The notes beneath the pieces are model-generated. The model did not search any database. It was not told the origin of the DNA and saw nothing but the letters and a program-made list of their open reading frames with translations. Position numbers and translations under genes: made by a program. Of a stretch of 64,000 nt of DNA, positions 10,071 to 19,555 are shown piece by piece (the first letter of the stretch is position 1; each line of letters opens with the position of its first letter). The stretch lies in contig OZ240229.1 of the NCBI GenBank assembly GCA_965197805.1, positions 1,638,502 through 1,702,501 of the forward strand. Reading direction: 5' to 3'. This DNA is from Dehalococcoidia bacterium (GTDB taxonomy: Bacteria > Chloroflexota > Dehalococcoidia > Lucifugimonadales > JAAXIE01).

Positions 10071-10358
10071 CTATTCTTCGCAGGGAAGGTTGTCTGTTCC
10101 CACAAGAACTCTACTGCCGATACCCCACCCTTCGGGCAGGCACCCACTTAGTTGGTTATTGCTAAAATAGATGTCTATGGGATTCAGTATAACCTCGGGG
10201 GGTATCCGCCCGGTCAGTTGGTTGCTACTCAAATGCAGCTCTGTCAGGTTGGAGAGATTGCCCAACTCCGGCGGTATCTCCCCGCTCAGCTGGTTGTTAC
10301 TGAGGTCCTCCGCCTCCGCAGGCGGCCAACAGCAGCATGAACACCAGGACACACATAA
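10071..10358 (-). pseudogene. LRR lipoprotein, frameshifted after the signal peptide
   Basis: The LRR body ([33 protein letters not shown]) starts in one frame. A lipoprotein signal, [19 protein letters not shown]-stop, reads from 10358 in a different frame. Confidence 0.6.
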
Positions 10359-10456
10359 GTGGGATGGCGTATCTGGGCAAGCATGAGTTCACAACTAACC
10401 TCCTTTGACAAGACAACCGCGTGTCGCTTCAAGCGAATCTCTATTGGTCTGTGGCA

Positions 10457-12223
10457 TCAGTGTCTGTCTTTGGCGTCGTCCGAGCTGCGGGTGGCAGCCT
10501 GGGCCTTGTGGACCTCCGCCACCATTCTTTCCGCCGACGCCCATTCTGCGCTGTGGCCGAAGTACACCGTCTCCCTTTCGCCGTCCACCGACGCCGCCGC
10601 ACAGTTCATACTCTGTGTTCGAGCGCTCTTGCCCTCCAACCACTGCCCCACAAGGAATGTCAGGAACCCTATCCCGATAACCGCGCCGTGGATAGCCCAC
10701 TCCATCGCCGAATTAGGCTCGAAGGGGCGGCAGGTTCCTATCCAACCCCTACCTCCTTCACATTCCTCCGTTACGACTCCAAACCAATACAGGACATGAA
10801 ACAGTAGCCGCCACAGCAAGTAAACGGAGGCGACACCTACCATCAGCCCCCCGCCAACCAACATGATCAAAATACCGGGCCCTTTCAGGAACCAGTTTGA
10901 CCCTCCCGTTTTGACTGGCTGCCGGTCCACCTGAACCGACGAAATCGCGCGGAGGTCAATGGTTCTGCCGGGGAGGACCAGGTTTCGCTGCGAAAGCAGG
11001 ACCTCTCCATCTTGATAGAGCGTCCGCTCCGGTTCGGGAGCATCCGCCCGGCTCGCGACTTGCCGAGTTTCGCCAGCAGTTTCTCGGTTCGCCGTCCCTT
11101 GAGCCTGCTCAGTGTAAACCGTCCGCTCTTGGAATCGTTCCGGCTCTGCCCTGTCGCGTCGCGCAGCAGCCGCTTCCGCCCCGTCTTCGGACCGTCCGGC
11201 CAAGCCCCACTCCGGTGCGGACATGAAGCCGTGATAGGCCACATTCAGGTCGAGGGCTCGCAGGGAGGCTGCCTCACCGGAGGCGAACCATGGTGGAGCG
11301 GGGACCGAAGCGTCCAGCCAGGGCTGAGCCACATCCAAAGCGACGGCATAGGCCAACATGGAATCGGGTTCGCCCCGTCCAACCGCCGGGTCAGGTCCGG
11401 CCAGAGATTCTTTCAAACCATGTAACTGGCTTATCTCATATACCCCCGCTTCCGTTGGCGCCAGCATACCCGTGTGCATCGGCGTCGCAATCATCCAATA
11501 TATGCAGCCGACGACCGCGCCGACGAGGGAGTTCGCCCACCATTGGGGCAGCCATAGAGCCAGCCAAAGCCCGCTGCCAACGCCCATCAAGGCCCCGGCC
11601 AATGTCGCCAGTCCTAATCCATCCGCGAAACGCTCCCGCCTTACCCGTATCGGGTTGTCATGGAAGAGGCCTCTGCCCTGCAGGTACTCCCCCAACTGGT
11701 CGCCGATGGCATCCTTGTGCTCCCCTATCCCGTCACGCAGTGCTTGAACCGTTGCGGGGCGCGATGGCAAGCTGTCGCATATCAACTGTTCCCACTCAAA
11801 CTGCATGGGGCCCTGCTGCGACAGCCAGTAGAGGAAGCCGCTCCTCGTTCCGACGCACTGGAATTGCAACGTGCCACGCTGGCACATCTCGGTTATTGCG
11901 GCCAGCAGAGTTCGATCGCTGACCTCCCGGTCTTCCAGCACCGATACCGCTGCCGCGGGCAGCCCAGTGCGCTGCCGGGTTCCCAACTCCAATGGGTCCC
12001 GATGCTTGGTCGCGTGCCTGGGCCGGTAACTCAGCCAAAGCCCCAGCACGAGCAGCAGCGCAACGCCGACGCCAATCGTGCGGAAACCCCACACCATGAG
12101 CTGCTTCCAATCCATATCCCGGTAATCGGGGAAGCCACTCTGGGCGATGGCTCCACCAGGGTCCAGCGCCAACAACAGCCCAATGGCAGCAAGGGCCGCC
12201 AGCGTTGCCAGAATACTCACCAT
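10457..12223 (-). CDS. multi-pass membrane protein, DUF2207-like
   Basis: 588 aa with an N-terminal signal or TM segment, a central block of TM helices (GLATLAGALMGVGSGLWLALWLPQWW...) and C-terminal TM helices. The layout and the LTxxEAGxL-like segment resemble DUF2207. The family call is tentative. Confidence 0.55.
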   Translation of the reverse strand: MVSILATLAALAAIGLLLALDPGGAIAQSGFPDYRDMDWKQLMVWGFRTIGVGVALLLVLGLWLSYRPRHATKHRDPLELGTRQRTGLPAAAVSVLEDREVSDRTLLAAITEMCQRGTLQFQCVGTRSGFLYWLSQQGPMQFEWEQLICDSLPSRPATVQALRDGIGEHKDAIGDQLGEYLQGRGLFHDNPIRVRRERFADGLGLATLAGALMGVGSGLWLALWLPQWWANSLVGAVVGCIYWMIATPMHTGMLAPTEAGVYEISQLHGLKESLAGPDPAVGRGEPDSMLAYAVALDVAQPWLDASVPAPPWFASGEAASLRALDLNVAYHGFMSAPEWGLAGRSEDGAEAAAARRDRAEPERFQERTVYTEQAQGTANRETAGETRQVASRADAPEPERTLYQDGEVLLSQRNLVLPGRTIDLRAISSVQVDRQPVKTGGSNWFLKGPGILIMLVGGGLMVGVASVYLLWRLLFHVLYWFGVVTEECEGGRGWIGTCRPFEPNSAMEWAIHGAVIGIGFLTFLVGQWLEGKSARTQSMNCAAASVDGERETVYFGHSAEWASAERMVAEVHKAQAATRSSDDAKDRH

Positions 12224-12671
12224 AGGTCCCCCTCCATCCCGGGATGTACCACTTGCGCTCGATAGTGCAGGGAAGCCCTCTGCTCTACAAGTCCAAATTG
12301 AACCTCAACACAAAAGCTCTCGAGTTTGTCCTGGAATGGTGGCCCTACGCAGACTGAATTGGGGATTTGTCGTTGGGAGGTTTTTCCTGAATAGTAAGGC
12401 TGGAGGGAGTCGACGGGAGCGGGCTGACCCCGTCAAGACTCCTGGCCCGTCGGCAGACCTGCTTGCGCTGTCCCTCAGGTCATTCGACCCAATTGTCTGC
12501 CTCTGCCGTCCCGATAACAAGCCTGTGCTACGGTTACAACGGGACTACCCTGATGTCGTGCGTTTGTCTCACCACCTTCCTTGCTCTATTCTGATGAGCT
12601 ATTACTGTCGGCAATTCCGCCGAAGATCGGGCACGTACCGCCGAACGAGTGGGAGCGTGGTGGATAACGCT

Positions 12672-13097
12672 CTAGCCGGGCTTGGGTTCCAGCCCCGGTT
12701 CGGGCAACAGCCTGCCCCAGCCCCGGTGCATCAACCTCCTTAGCCAGAGGATGCCGTACCGAATTACGTTTACGGAAGCCACCGCGTCCATCCGGCGAAT
12801 GAGCAAGGAGAGCCACTCCCTGGAACTAGGGTAGGCGTGCACGAAATCCGAGGGCGTATCGAAGCCGAGGGTCCTAGCGGCTTCTCTGATACCCTTGGCC
12901 GTCAGGTGGTATCTCTGGCTCGAAGGCAGGTGGGCGGCGCCGTGACTGACGCGCCCGACTACGCCCTCGGCCAGCAGGGCGGTCAGGGCGCGGTGGCCGT
13001 GGGCATGAGGCTCGCCCAGGATGAGCGCCAGCTCTGCCGTGTCGATGAACGGCATCAGGCTGAGGGAATGGAGTAGCCGTTGGTCGGAAAGCGTCAT
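12672..13097 (-). CDS. winged-helix protein (replication-relaxation/MarR-like N-terminus), possibly truncated
   Basis: From the ATG at 13097 it reads MTLSDQRLLHSLSLMPFIDTAELALILGEP...LLAEGVVGRV, a wHTH pattern. The ORF-track extension to 13490 is Pro/Arg/Gly-rich and implausible. Confidence 0.4.
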   Translation of the reverse strand: MTLSDQRLLHSLSLMPFIDTAELALILGEPHAHGHRALTALLAEGVVGRVSHGAAHLPSSQRYHLTAKGIREAARTLGFDTPSDFVHAYPSSREWLSLLIRRMDAVASVNVIRYGILWLRRLMHRGWGRLLPEPGLEPKPG

Positions 13098-13683
13098 GTA
13101 TCGAGCGTAGCAAGAGAGGGGCGCTATGCATCCGTCACATGGCAGTGCCGGTGTGTGGGAAGTCAGCGGACGCTGTCCTCTTGTGCGGAGTTCATGGCCG
13201 AGGAGTTGGTCAAGTCCAAGGTCCGCAGCCGGAAGCCAAAGCCCGCAGCCGCGTCCCTGTTCGAGTGGGCGTTCGCCCTTGAGCAGGATCGGGAGCGCGG
13301 GAGGCGGAGCCGGTCGGTGCGGGGCGCTAGGCCCCCTGCACGTCCATGTGTGCGGCCCTTTTCTGTTGCCCATTTTCCGGTGGGGCATTGATTCCTCTTC
13401 TTCGCCCCCTTCTGTGTCAGATAGTCCATCTGGGGAAGCGGCAGGCATGGAAGCCAATAAGAGGAGACTCACTCTGGACCTGGCCTCCACCCTTCAACGT
13501 TGGCTGAAGGTCTGGCGGTAAAGGGCGTCAACATGCGCCGGAGTGGTCAAACCGCCGTGGACCGGGAGGCCGACGAAGGGAGAAGCTGACCCGTTTCTCG
13601 GCACCCCCTGCGCCATAGCCAACACGCGCTGGGAGCGCCTCCAAGGCGATATGCTGTCCGTCCCCGGCTGAGGTCGCGAGGCT

Positions 13684-14550
13684 TCAGCAGAAGGGCAGGC
13701 CGCCAAGGTTAGAGAGGTCAAAAAACAACAAGTCGTCTTCCAAGCTGCTTGGCACGCACCCGCTCAACTTGTTGTTGCGGAGGTCCAGCGATACCAGGTT
13801 GGAGAGGCTGCCCAATTCCGGGGGTATCTCCCCGCTCAAGGCGTTGTTGTAGAGCATCAGAAATTGCAGGTTGGAGAGGCTGCCCAGCTCCGCCGGTATC
13901 TCCCCGCTCAAGTGGTTCAGGCCGAGGTCCAGCCTTGTGAGGTTGGAGAGGCTGCCCAACTCCGGCGGTATCTCCCCGCTCAACTCGTTGTTTTCGAGCT
14001 CCAGCCTTGTGAGGTTGGAGAGGCTGCCCAATTCCGGGGGTATCTCCCCGCTCAAGTCGTTTTCGTAGAGGGCCAGCGACTCCAGGTTGGCGAGGCTGCC
14101 CAGCTCCGCCGGTATCTCCCCGCTCAAGTCGTTGAATCTGAGGTCCAGCGCTGTAACCCGCCCGTCGTCGTCAGTGGTGACGCCCTCCCATTCGCCGAGG
14201 GGAGCGTCGCTCAGCCAGTTGTCGCTGTTCTCCCAGTTCTCACCGTCCGTTGCGTTGTAGAGGGCAACCAGGGCTTCCCGATCCGTTTCGGCGGAGCCGG
14301 AGGCCGCGGGCGGCGCTGTCGTAGCCGTAGGTCCAAGCGCAACGGCGGCAGTGGGCGCGGCCTCTGACCCCGGCGTGGAAGGCGTCCGTGCGGGGGAGGC
14401 CGGCGTCTCCGTTGGCGTGGACGCGGTACGGTCGGGGCCTGTCACGCCGGACGGCTCATCGGAGCCGCAGGCCGCGAGCGCCACCGTAAGGGCCAGCGCA
14501 AGGACAACGCTCAACAGGGTTATGTATCTTGTCGTGCGTGTACGGGTCAT
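13684..14550 (-). CDS. LRR lipoprotein (plant-type LRR consensus)
   Basis: The lipobox is LTVALAACG, followed by a P/T/A-rich linker. At least six repeats read LxxLxLxxNxLSGEIPxELGSLSNL. The ATG at 14550 is preceded by GGGAGGGAAAGGAA. The ORF-track start at 14598 is less likely. Confidence 0.85.
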   Translation of the reverse strand: MTRTRTTRYITLLSVVLALALTVALAACGSDEPSGVTGPDRTASTPTETPASPARTPSTPGSEAAPTAAVALGPTATTAPPAASGSAETDREALVALYNATDGENWENSDNWLSDAPLGEWEGVTTDDDGRVTALDLRFNDLSGEIPAELGSLANLESLALYENDLSGEIPPELGSLSNLTRLELENNELSGEIPPELGSLSNLTRLDLGLNHLSGEIPAELGSLSNLQFLMLYNNALSGEIPPELGSLSNLVSLDLRNNKLSGCVPSSLEDDLLFFDLSNLGGLPFC

Positions 14551-15418
14551 TTCCTTTCCCTCCCGGTCTTGACCGGCACCATATATCCACAGATTCATAC
14601 GGATAGTATGGCGGAGGTGCTATGGGGGTCAATGCTGAGACACCCGTTCGCCACTCCCAAATATGTGTTGGTATGTCGGCTTCCGCAGGGATGAGCGGGC
14701 GCACGATACCGCCCATCCTGAGCCTATCTGTTTTAAACCAGCAGAGGGTCGGGAAGTCGGTCTGGTGGAGGCCGGTCTGAACCAACCTGGGATAGCAGCT
14801 AGGGCATGTCGATGCCCTCCTGAACCCTATCGGCCACCGACGCCACTCGCTACTCCGGGACACCGCCTCGGCCTTCATCACCGACACGTGGGAACCGTGT
14901 CGGTGATGATATCGTCTATTCTCTCGGTGATGTCCATGGTGCAAGCGTGGGTGGGGTAGGCCAGCGCCCGGCGTCTCTCTACCCGCTTGGTGGCCACCAA
15001 GTCGATGAGCGCCTGCTCATTGGGATAGACCCGCTCCTCTGAAAGGAGCGGCGCATGGACGATGATGTCGCCGCTCCTGAGGAACTCTCCCAGTAGGGCA
15101 GCACTAGGGCCTGGCTAAAAGTCCAGAACGAACCTCAAGGTGAAGGTTCTTGATTTTGTCCAGTGTGGTGGAGACAGCCGGACAAGAAACATTTTGCAGA
15201 AAATGATTAGCACCTTGGAGCAGCGGAAAGTGGTCATGTCTGCAGGAAGACCGGCGGCCCATGATACTCGGTGTTTCGGGTTGTTGGAGCAGCCCTTCCG
15301 GTGCTGGCGCGGTCGAGACGGCTGTGTCCTCGCTAGCGTTGGCCCGATTTCTGGCCCTACCTGTTACCGAGCACGACTGTCTGAAGAGATCAAATCCGCC
15401 GCAGGCTCACTTTCATGG

Positions 15419-18397
15419 TCACTTCCGTAAGAATTTGGTCACGTAGTCTACGTCGACTGCGGGCATTCCCAGACCGATTTCCGACAATGCTTCGGAGAAC
15501 CGGCCGATGTCGTAGACGCTGGTATCGGACATGAACGGCTCGACTGACTCCAGGGACCGTATCAGAACTTTCAACTCCATGTCATCATCGCGGTTGGCCA
15601 TCGTGTCCAATCTTGATTTCCAGTCCCCCAATTGAGCGCGGTCCGCCACGTATCCGTGGATCTCCATATATGCAAAAACTTCATCGGCAGGTACGGGGGC
15701 CTGTTGAACCACGTTGTATACCCTGCCCAGGTGTCTGGGATCGTCGGAAATTTTCGTTATTGCCTTGACCAGAAAGTCGACAGGTGTCATCTCGAAGAAC
15801 CATTCCGGCACCAAGGGGGCACATCCGAGGCGGGCGCAGGCCTTGATAATCAACGAGAGAAAGTCATTCGGGTTGACCATGCCCGTACCGCTGTGGTGGC
15901 CAATGTTGCCCGGACGGAAGATGCATACCGGCAGTCCTCGAGAAACAGCCGACCAGACAAGCCGCTCCGCAACCCATTTGGCCTGATTGTAGCCCCCCTC
16001 CATCCTGTCGACGAAGCCGTCTATGTCGTTGTTCTCAAGGTAGGGGTTGTCGTCTCCTCCGGGGAAAATGCCGTTGGATGAAATGTATTGGATCGGCTTT
16101 GTTGCAGCGGTGCAGGCGAACTTGAGCACCTCCATTGTCCCTCCGACGGTGTGGGACTTGGCTGCAGAATAGGGGTAGGCGTAGTTGACCGAGGCCGCGC
16201 AATGGAAAATCAGGTCGATCTCTTCCGCCAGCCGCCGGTACTCCTCATCGTTCAGACCCATCCGGGGCCGGGTGAGGTCTCCAGCCACCGGAGCGATCCG
16301 TTGTCCGGATGACTGGTCGGCCAGCCCGTAAAATTTCAGGGTGTCCAGCACGCGGTTGGTGGAGCCGCCCTGTCCTGAGTCCGGGTCTCTTACCAAGCAG
16401 TAGAACCGGGTGTCCGGTCCCGTGGCGCGCAGCAGTTCGTCGAGCAAAAAGGCTCCCAGGAATCCGGTTGTTCCCGTCACAAGGACCGAGCACGCCTCGC
16501 TGAGACGTGTAATTCTCGGGGCGCCGCCTGGTGAAATCGCCGGGTCCAGGGTCGAGTCCTCGGCCAGTGAAATTCTGGATTCCATATTCGGCCCTCTATG
16601 TTCCAAGTATGCCCCCAACTCATTCATGGTGGGGTACTCGTAAATCTCCGTGCCGCTCAGTTCAATCCCAAACAGTCGTTCGATGCCCAGGGTGAGGTCC
16701 AGGCCCGTCAGGGAGTGGCCTCCGAGATGAAAGAAGTTCCAGTCATCTTCCAGTGAGTCGCCGTCGACTTCCAGTGCTTCACTCCATAGCTCCCGCAAGG
16801 CCCTGAGACGCTCCCCTGCGGTTGCGCACTTGGACAGCGGGGTGCGCTCCTTAACCGCATGTCTCCTTTCCCGCAATGCGGGCAATGCTTTGCGCTCCAG
16901 TTTGCCCGTCTGTTGATTTATCGGGAGCGTCTCCAGTTCCATGAAGTGGCTGGGCACCATGTAGAGCGGCAGATATCGTTCCAGCAGAGCACGCAGGTCT
17001 CTGCTTGTCCCGCTCTTCCCATCGACCTTCCATGCCGCTCGCGGGCCCCGGACGACGTAGGCCACGAGCCGCCTATTGGATTCGTCCTTGCTCTCGGCCA
17101 AAACCGCAGCATCGGCAGCGCCACAGTGCTTGCGGAGGGTCTCCTCTATGGCACTCAGGTAAACGCTGTAGCCCCTGATCTTGACCATCGAATCATTGCG
17201 GCCGATGATCGTTGTCACACCACGCCCATCAACTTCGGCAAGGTCTCCGGTGGCGTAATACCTCTCTCTGTCCCATATGACGAACCTCTGGGAATCCAGG
17301 TCGGGCCTCTTCAGATAGCCCCGGGCCAGTCCGCGACCGCCAATGAAGAGCTCTCCGACTCCGGTTGAAGCCAGATCGGACTGCCCCTCCGGTAGCACCC
17401 TGAGCGTCACCCCGTCCATTGCATAACCCACCGGGCACGCATCCACTCCGTCGAGACACAAGTCCGTCAGTTCAATGGTGCAAACGTCGTGGGTCTCGCT
17501 GATGCTGTAGGTGTTGAACACTCGCGCAGACCGGGACAGAACGTCCAAGGTCGGCTTAAGCAGGCTGGCCGGCACCACCTCGCCGTTCAGCCAGACCACA
17601 CGCAGAGAGGACAGCCGGGCCCGCAATTGTTCTGGGCTCGCCGAATTCAAGATCCCCTGCAGCAAGGACGGAGTGAAGAGCACCTCGGTAATCCGGTGTT
17701 TCGCTATGAACCCCGTAAGCGCGCGCGGCACGAACATCACATTATCGGGAATAACGTATACGGTTCCTCCCTTCAACAGCGGCCGGAGGAACTCCCAAGG
17801 AAAGAAGATGTTGCACGCGACCCTGTCTCCGACGCTGTGGGAACTGAACCTGTACCTCGCCAGGTAGGATGAAATCAGGGCGCCGCTGCTCTGCATAACG
17901 CCCTTTGGTTGTCCTGTTGTGCCGGAGGTGTAGGGGAGGAACGCCAGGTCGCCGGTGTCAACGCATATCTCATCGGTCGCGGGATCGAGCGCTCTCCAGG
18001 ACCGGTCGGAGTCAACGGGCAATAGGCAAGGCCCAGAGAATTTACTCAGCCTGGGCAAGTGCAGGGCCTTGGTGATCACCACCTTGGGTTGGGACTCGGA
18101 CACCAGTGTACCGAGCAGGGAATCGGGGAGATCCAGGGCCACTGGCATGAAGGCCGCGCCGGCCTTCAATGTCCCAATGACAGCGGCGATGTACTCCGGG
18201 CAGGTTTCCATGTATATGCCCACCGGATCATCGGTTGATACGCCGCAACGTCGAAGGTAGGCCCCCAAGGCATCCGTCGCCTGGTCCAGTTGTGCATAGG
18301 ATGTCTGCTCAGAGCCAAAGACTATTGCCGGAGTGTCTGGAGTCTCCGTCGCTTGATCCTTGAACAGCTGATGCAAGCCACTCCCTGCGGAATTCAT
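15419..18397 (-). CDS. stand-alone NRPS-like enzyme: adenylation - thiolation - thioester reductase (A-T-R)
   Basis: A-domain cores are LPYTSGTTGQPKGV, YATGDLA, GRNDSMVKIRGYSVYLSAIE and PINQQTGKLERKAL. The carrier domain reads FFHLGGHSLTG. The reductase domain reads VLVTGTTGFLGAFLLDELL with catalytic YNQAK. Confidence 0.9.
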   Translation of the reverse strand: MNSAGSGLHQLFKDQATETPDTPAIVFGSEQTSYAQLDQATDALGAYLRRCGVSTDDPVGIYMETCPEYIAAVIGTLKAGAAFMPVALDLPDSLLGTLVSESQPKVVITKALHLPRLSKFSGPCLLPVDSDRSWRALDPATDEICVDTGDLAFLPYTSGTTGQPKGVMQSSGALISSYLARYRFSSHSVGDRVACNIFFPWEFLRPLLKGGTVYVIPDNVMFVPRALTGFIAKHRITEVLFTPSLLQGILNSASPEQLRARLSSLRVVWLNGEVVPASLLKPTLDVLSRSARVFNTYSISETHDVCTIELTDLCLDGVDACPVGYAMDGVTLRVLPEGQSDLASTGVGELFIGGRGLARGYLKRPDLDSQRFVIWDRERYYATGDLAEVDGRGVTTIIGRNDSMVKIRGYSVYLSAIEETLRKHCGAADAAVLAESKDESNRRLVAYVVRGPRAAWKVDGKSGTSRDLRALLERYLPLYMVPSHFMELETLPINQQTGKLERKALPALRERRHAVKERTPLSKCATAGERLRALRELWSEALEVDGDSLEDDWNFFHLGGHSLTGLDLTLGIERLFGIELSGTEIYEYPTMNELGAYLEHRGPNMESRISLAEDSTLDPAISPGGAPRITRLSEACSVLVTGTTGFLGAFLLDELLRATGPDTRFYCLVRDPDSGQGGSTNRVLDTLKFYGLADQSSGQRIAPVAGDLTRPRMGLNDEEYRRLAEEIDLIFHCAASVNYAYPYSAAKSHTVGGTMEVLKFACTAATKPIQYISSNGIFPGGDDNPYLENNDIDGFVDRMEGGYNQAKWVAERLVWSAVSRGLPVCIFRPGNIGHHSGTGMVNPNDFLSLIIKACARLGCAPLVPEWFFEMTPVDFLVKAITKISDDPRHLGRVYNVVQQAPVPADEVFAYMEIHGYVADRAQLGDWKSRLDTMANRDDDMELKVLIRSLESVEPFMSDTSVYDIGRFSEALSEIGLGMPAVDVDYVTKFLRK

Positions 18398-18453
18398 TTT
18401 GCCATCTCAAGCACCCCCAAACGCAATCAGGCAAAAACGGGCGTCTGTTCCAG

Positions 18454-18470
18454 ATTATCCGAAGGATAAT
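18454..18470. promoter_or_regulatory. perfect 7-3-7 palindrome ATTATCC-GAA-GGATAAT in the AT-rich region upstream of the A-T-R gene
   Basis: Read directly from the sequence, 57-73 nt upstream of the start codon at 18397, in the only markedly AT-rich stretch of this neighbourhood. Confidence 0.3.
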
Positions 18471-19107
18471 AGCTGAGTTTATAAAATCTGAAGCCTAAAG
18501 TAAATTGTGATTCCATAATGATAGTAACTGTTCGTCGCATCGTAATCCGACCTCTTCAAGGGTGTCTACATGCAATTAGACTCACTGGACTTTAACAGGT
18601 GGGAGGTCTGAATCGCCTATCTAGTGTTCGCCCATGGATACGAGCCTTGTACAGAGCCCTAGGTGTTTTGGTAGAGTCCTGCTAGGGAAGGTGGTCTGTG
18701 GCTCCCTGAAGCTGACCCTGCCACTCGGTCAGTGCATCGCAAACGAACAGCCATTCCTGCCTTGTGGTGACTCCATCCCCTTCAATCGCTGATATGGGTG
18801 GATGTCATCGACGCTGCTGATATGCTCCGTGGCCTTGGCCGAAGTCCAGTCGGCCACAATCCCACCACCATCAGGGTGAACCGGAGGACGACAAACACGC
18901 TGCCGACAAGCAGCATGGAGATTGTTCCCGGCCCAATCAGCGTTCGCCATTGGTTTCACTAGCTAGCCGGAGTGAAGCCGGCTGGGAGGTCCCATCCGGC
19001 AGAAAGGGCTCGGCTCACCTCCGACTCGTCATAGCCTCTCCTCGGAGGAGCGGCTTCCAATTCATGGTAGGCAATGGGCTTTGACGGCACCTCGGCTGGT
19101 CAGGAAA

Positions 19108-19185
19108 TGGTGGGCCGACGCTTGGCTCGAACCACTGACCTCTGCCGTGCCAGCGCAGCAGTCTATCCAACTGAGCTAACTGTCC
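19108..19185 (-). tRNA. tRNA-like sequence (GGC anticodon loop), non-pairing 3-prime end; probable chimeric or pseudo-tRNA
   Basis: The reverse complement has a D arm (TAGCTCAGTTGGATAGA), an anticodon arm CTGCG-CTGGCAC-GGCAG, a T loop (GGTTCGAGCC) and terminal ...TCGGCCCACCA. The last ~17 nt cannot pair with the 5-prime acceptor (GGACAGT) or the T-stem (AGTGG). Confidence 0.4.
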
Positions 19186-19264
19186 GGACATGCACCCTAC
19201 CTATGCCATGTCCGTGTCGAATGCTGCTAGCGGACGGGATGGAATGTCTCCAAGGAGAGGCTTA

Positions 19265-19555
19265 AGCCGGGTTCTCCGAATTGATTTCCGAGCAGCCACC
19301 ACTACTGGCGACCGCCCCAAAGTAGTTCCTGTCATCGTCCGGATCAGTGTGCACATAGGTCGTCTCACTTACATTGGTTGCAAACTCGTCACAAAAAGTA
19401 GCCTGTCGCTCTTGCTTAATGTGCAATTGGAATCGAAGAAGTCATCGTAGTACATGTTGTAGTAGTCCGCACCATCTATAGGATCCAAGTTGACGCGTAT
19501 CATCGAGCCCTCTCGGACGCAATGCACATTCTCGGCGACTCGGGTTTAAGAGCAC
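19265..19555 (-). pseudogene. single decayed Fn3-like module, paralogous to 444-3173
   Basis: The reverse strand reads ...IRVNLDPIDGADYYNMYYDD...C then, after a frameshift, DEFATNVSETTYVHTDPDDDRNYFGAVASSGGCSEINSENPA. This matches the module consensus of the 909-aa protein. Confidence 0.7.

Noticed and set aside
12672-13490. 272-aa version of the winged-helix ORF
   Set aside because: The first ~130 residues are Pro/Gly/Arg/Ala-rich and overlap several equally long ORFs in other frames. Only the part from the ATG at 13097 looks like a real domain.
14950-15115. Start-less minus-strand reading frame ...GEFLRSGDIIVHAPLLSEERVYPNEQALIDLVATKRVERRRALAYPTHA
   Set aside because: It reads like a real protein fragment, but it has no start and no recognisable family and lies between two better-supported genes. 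I left it unannotated.
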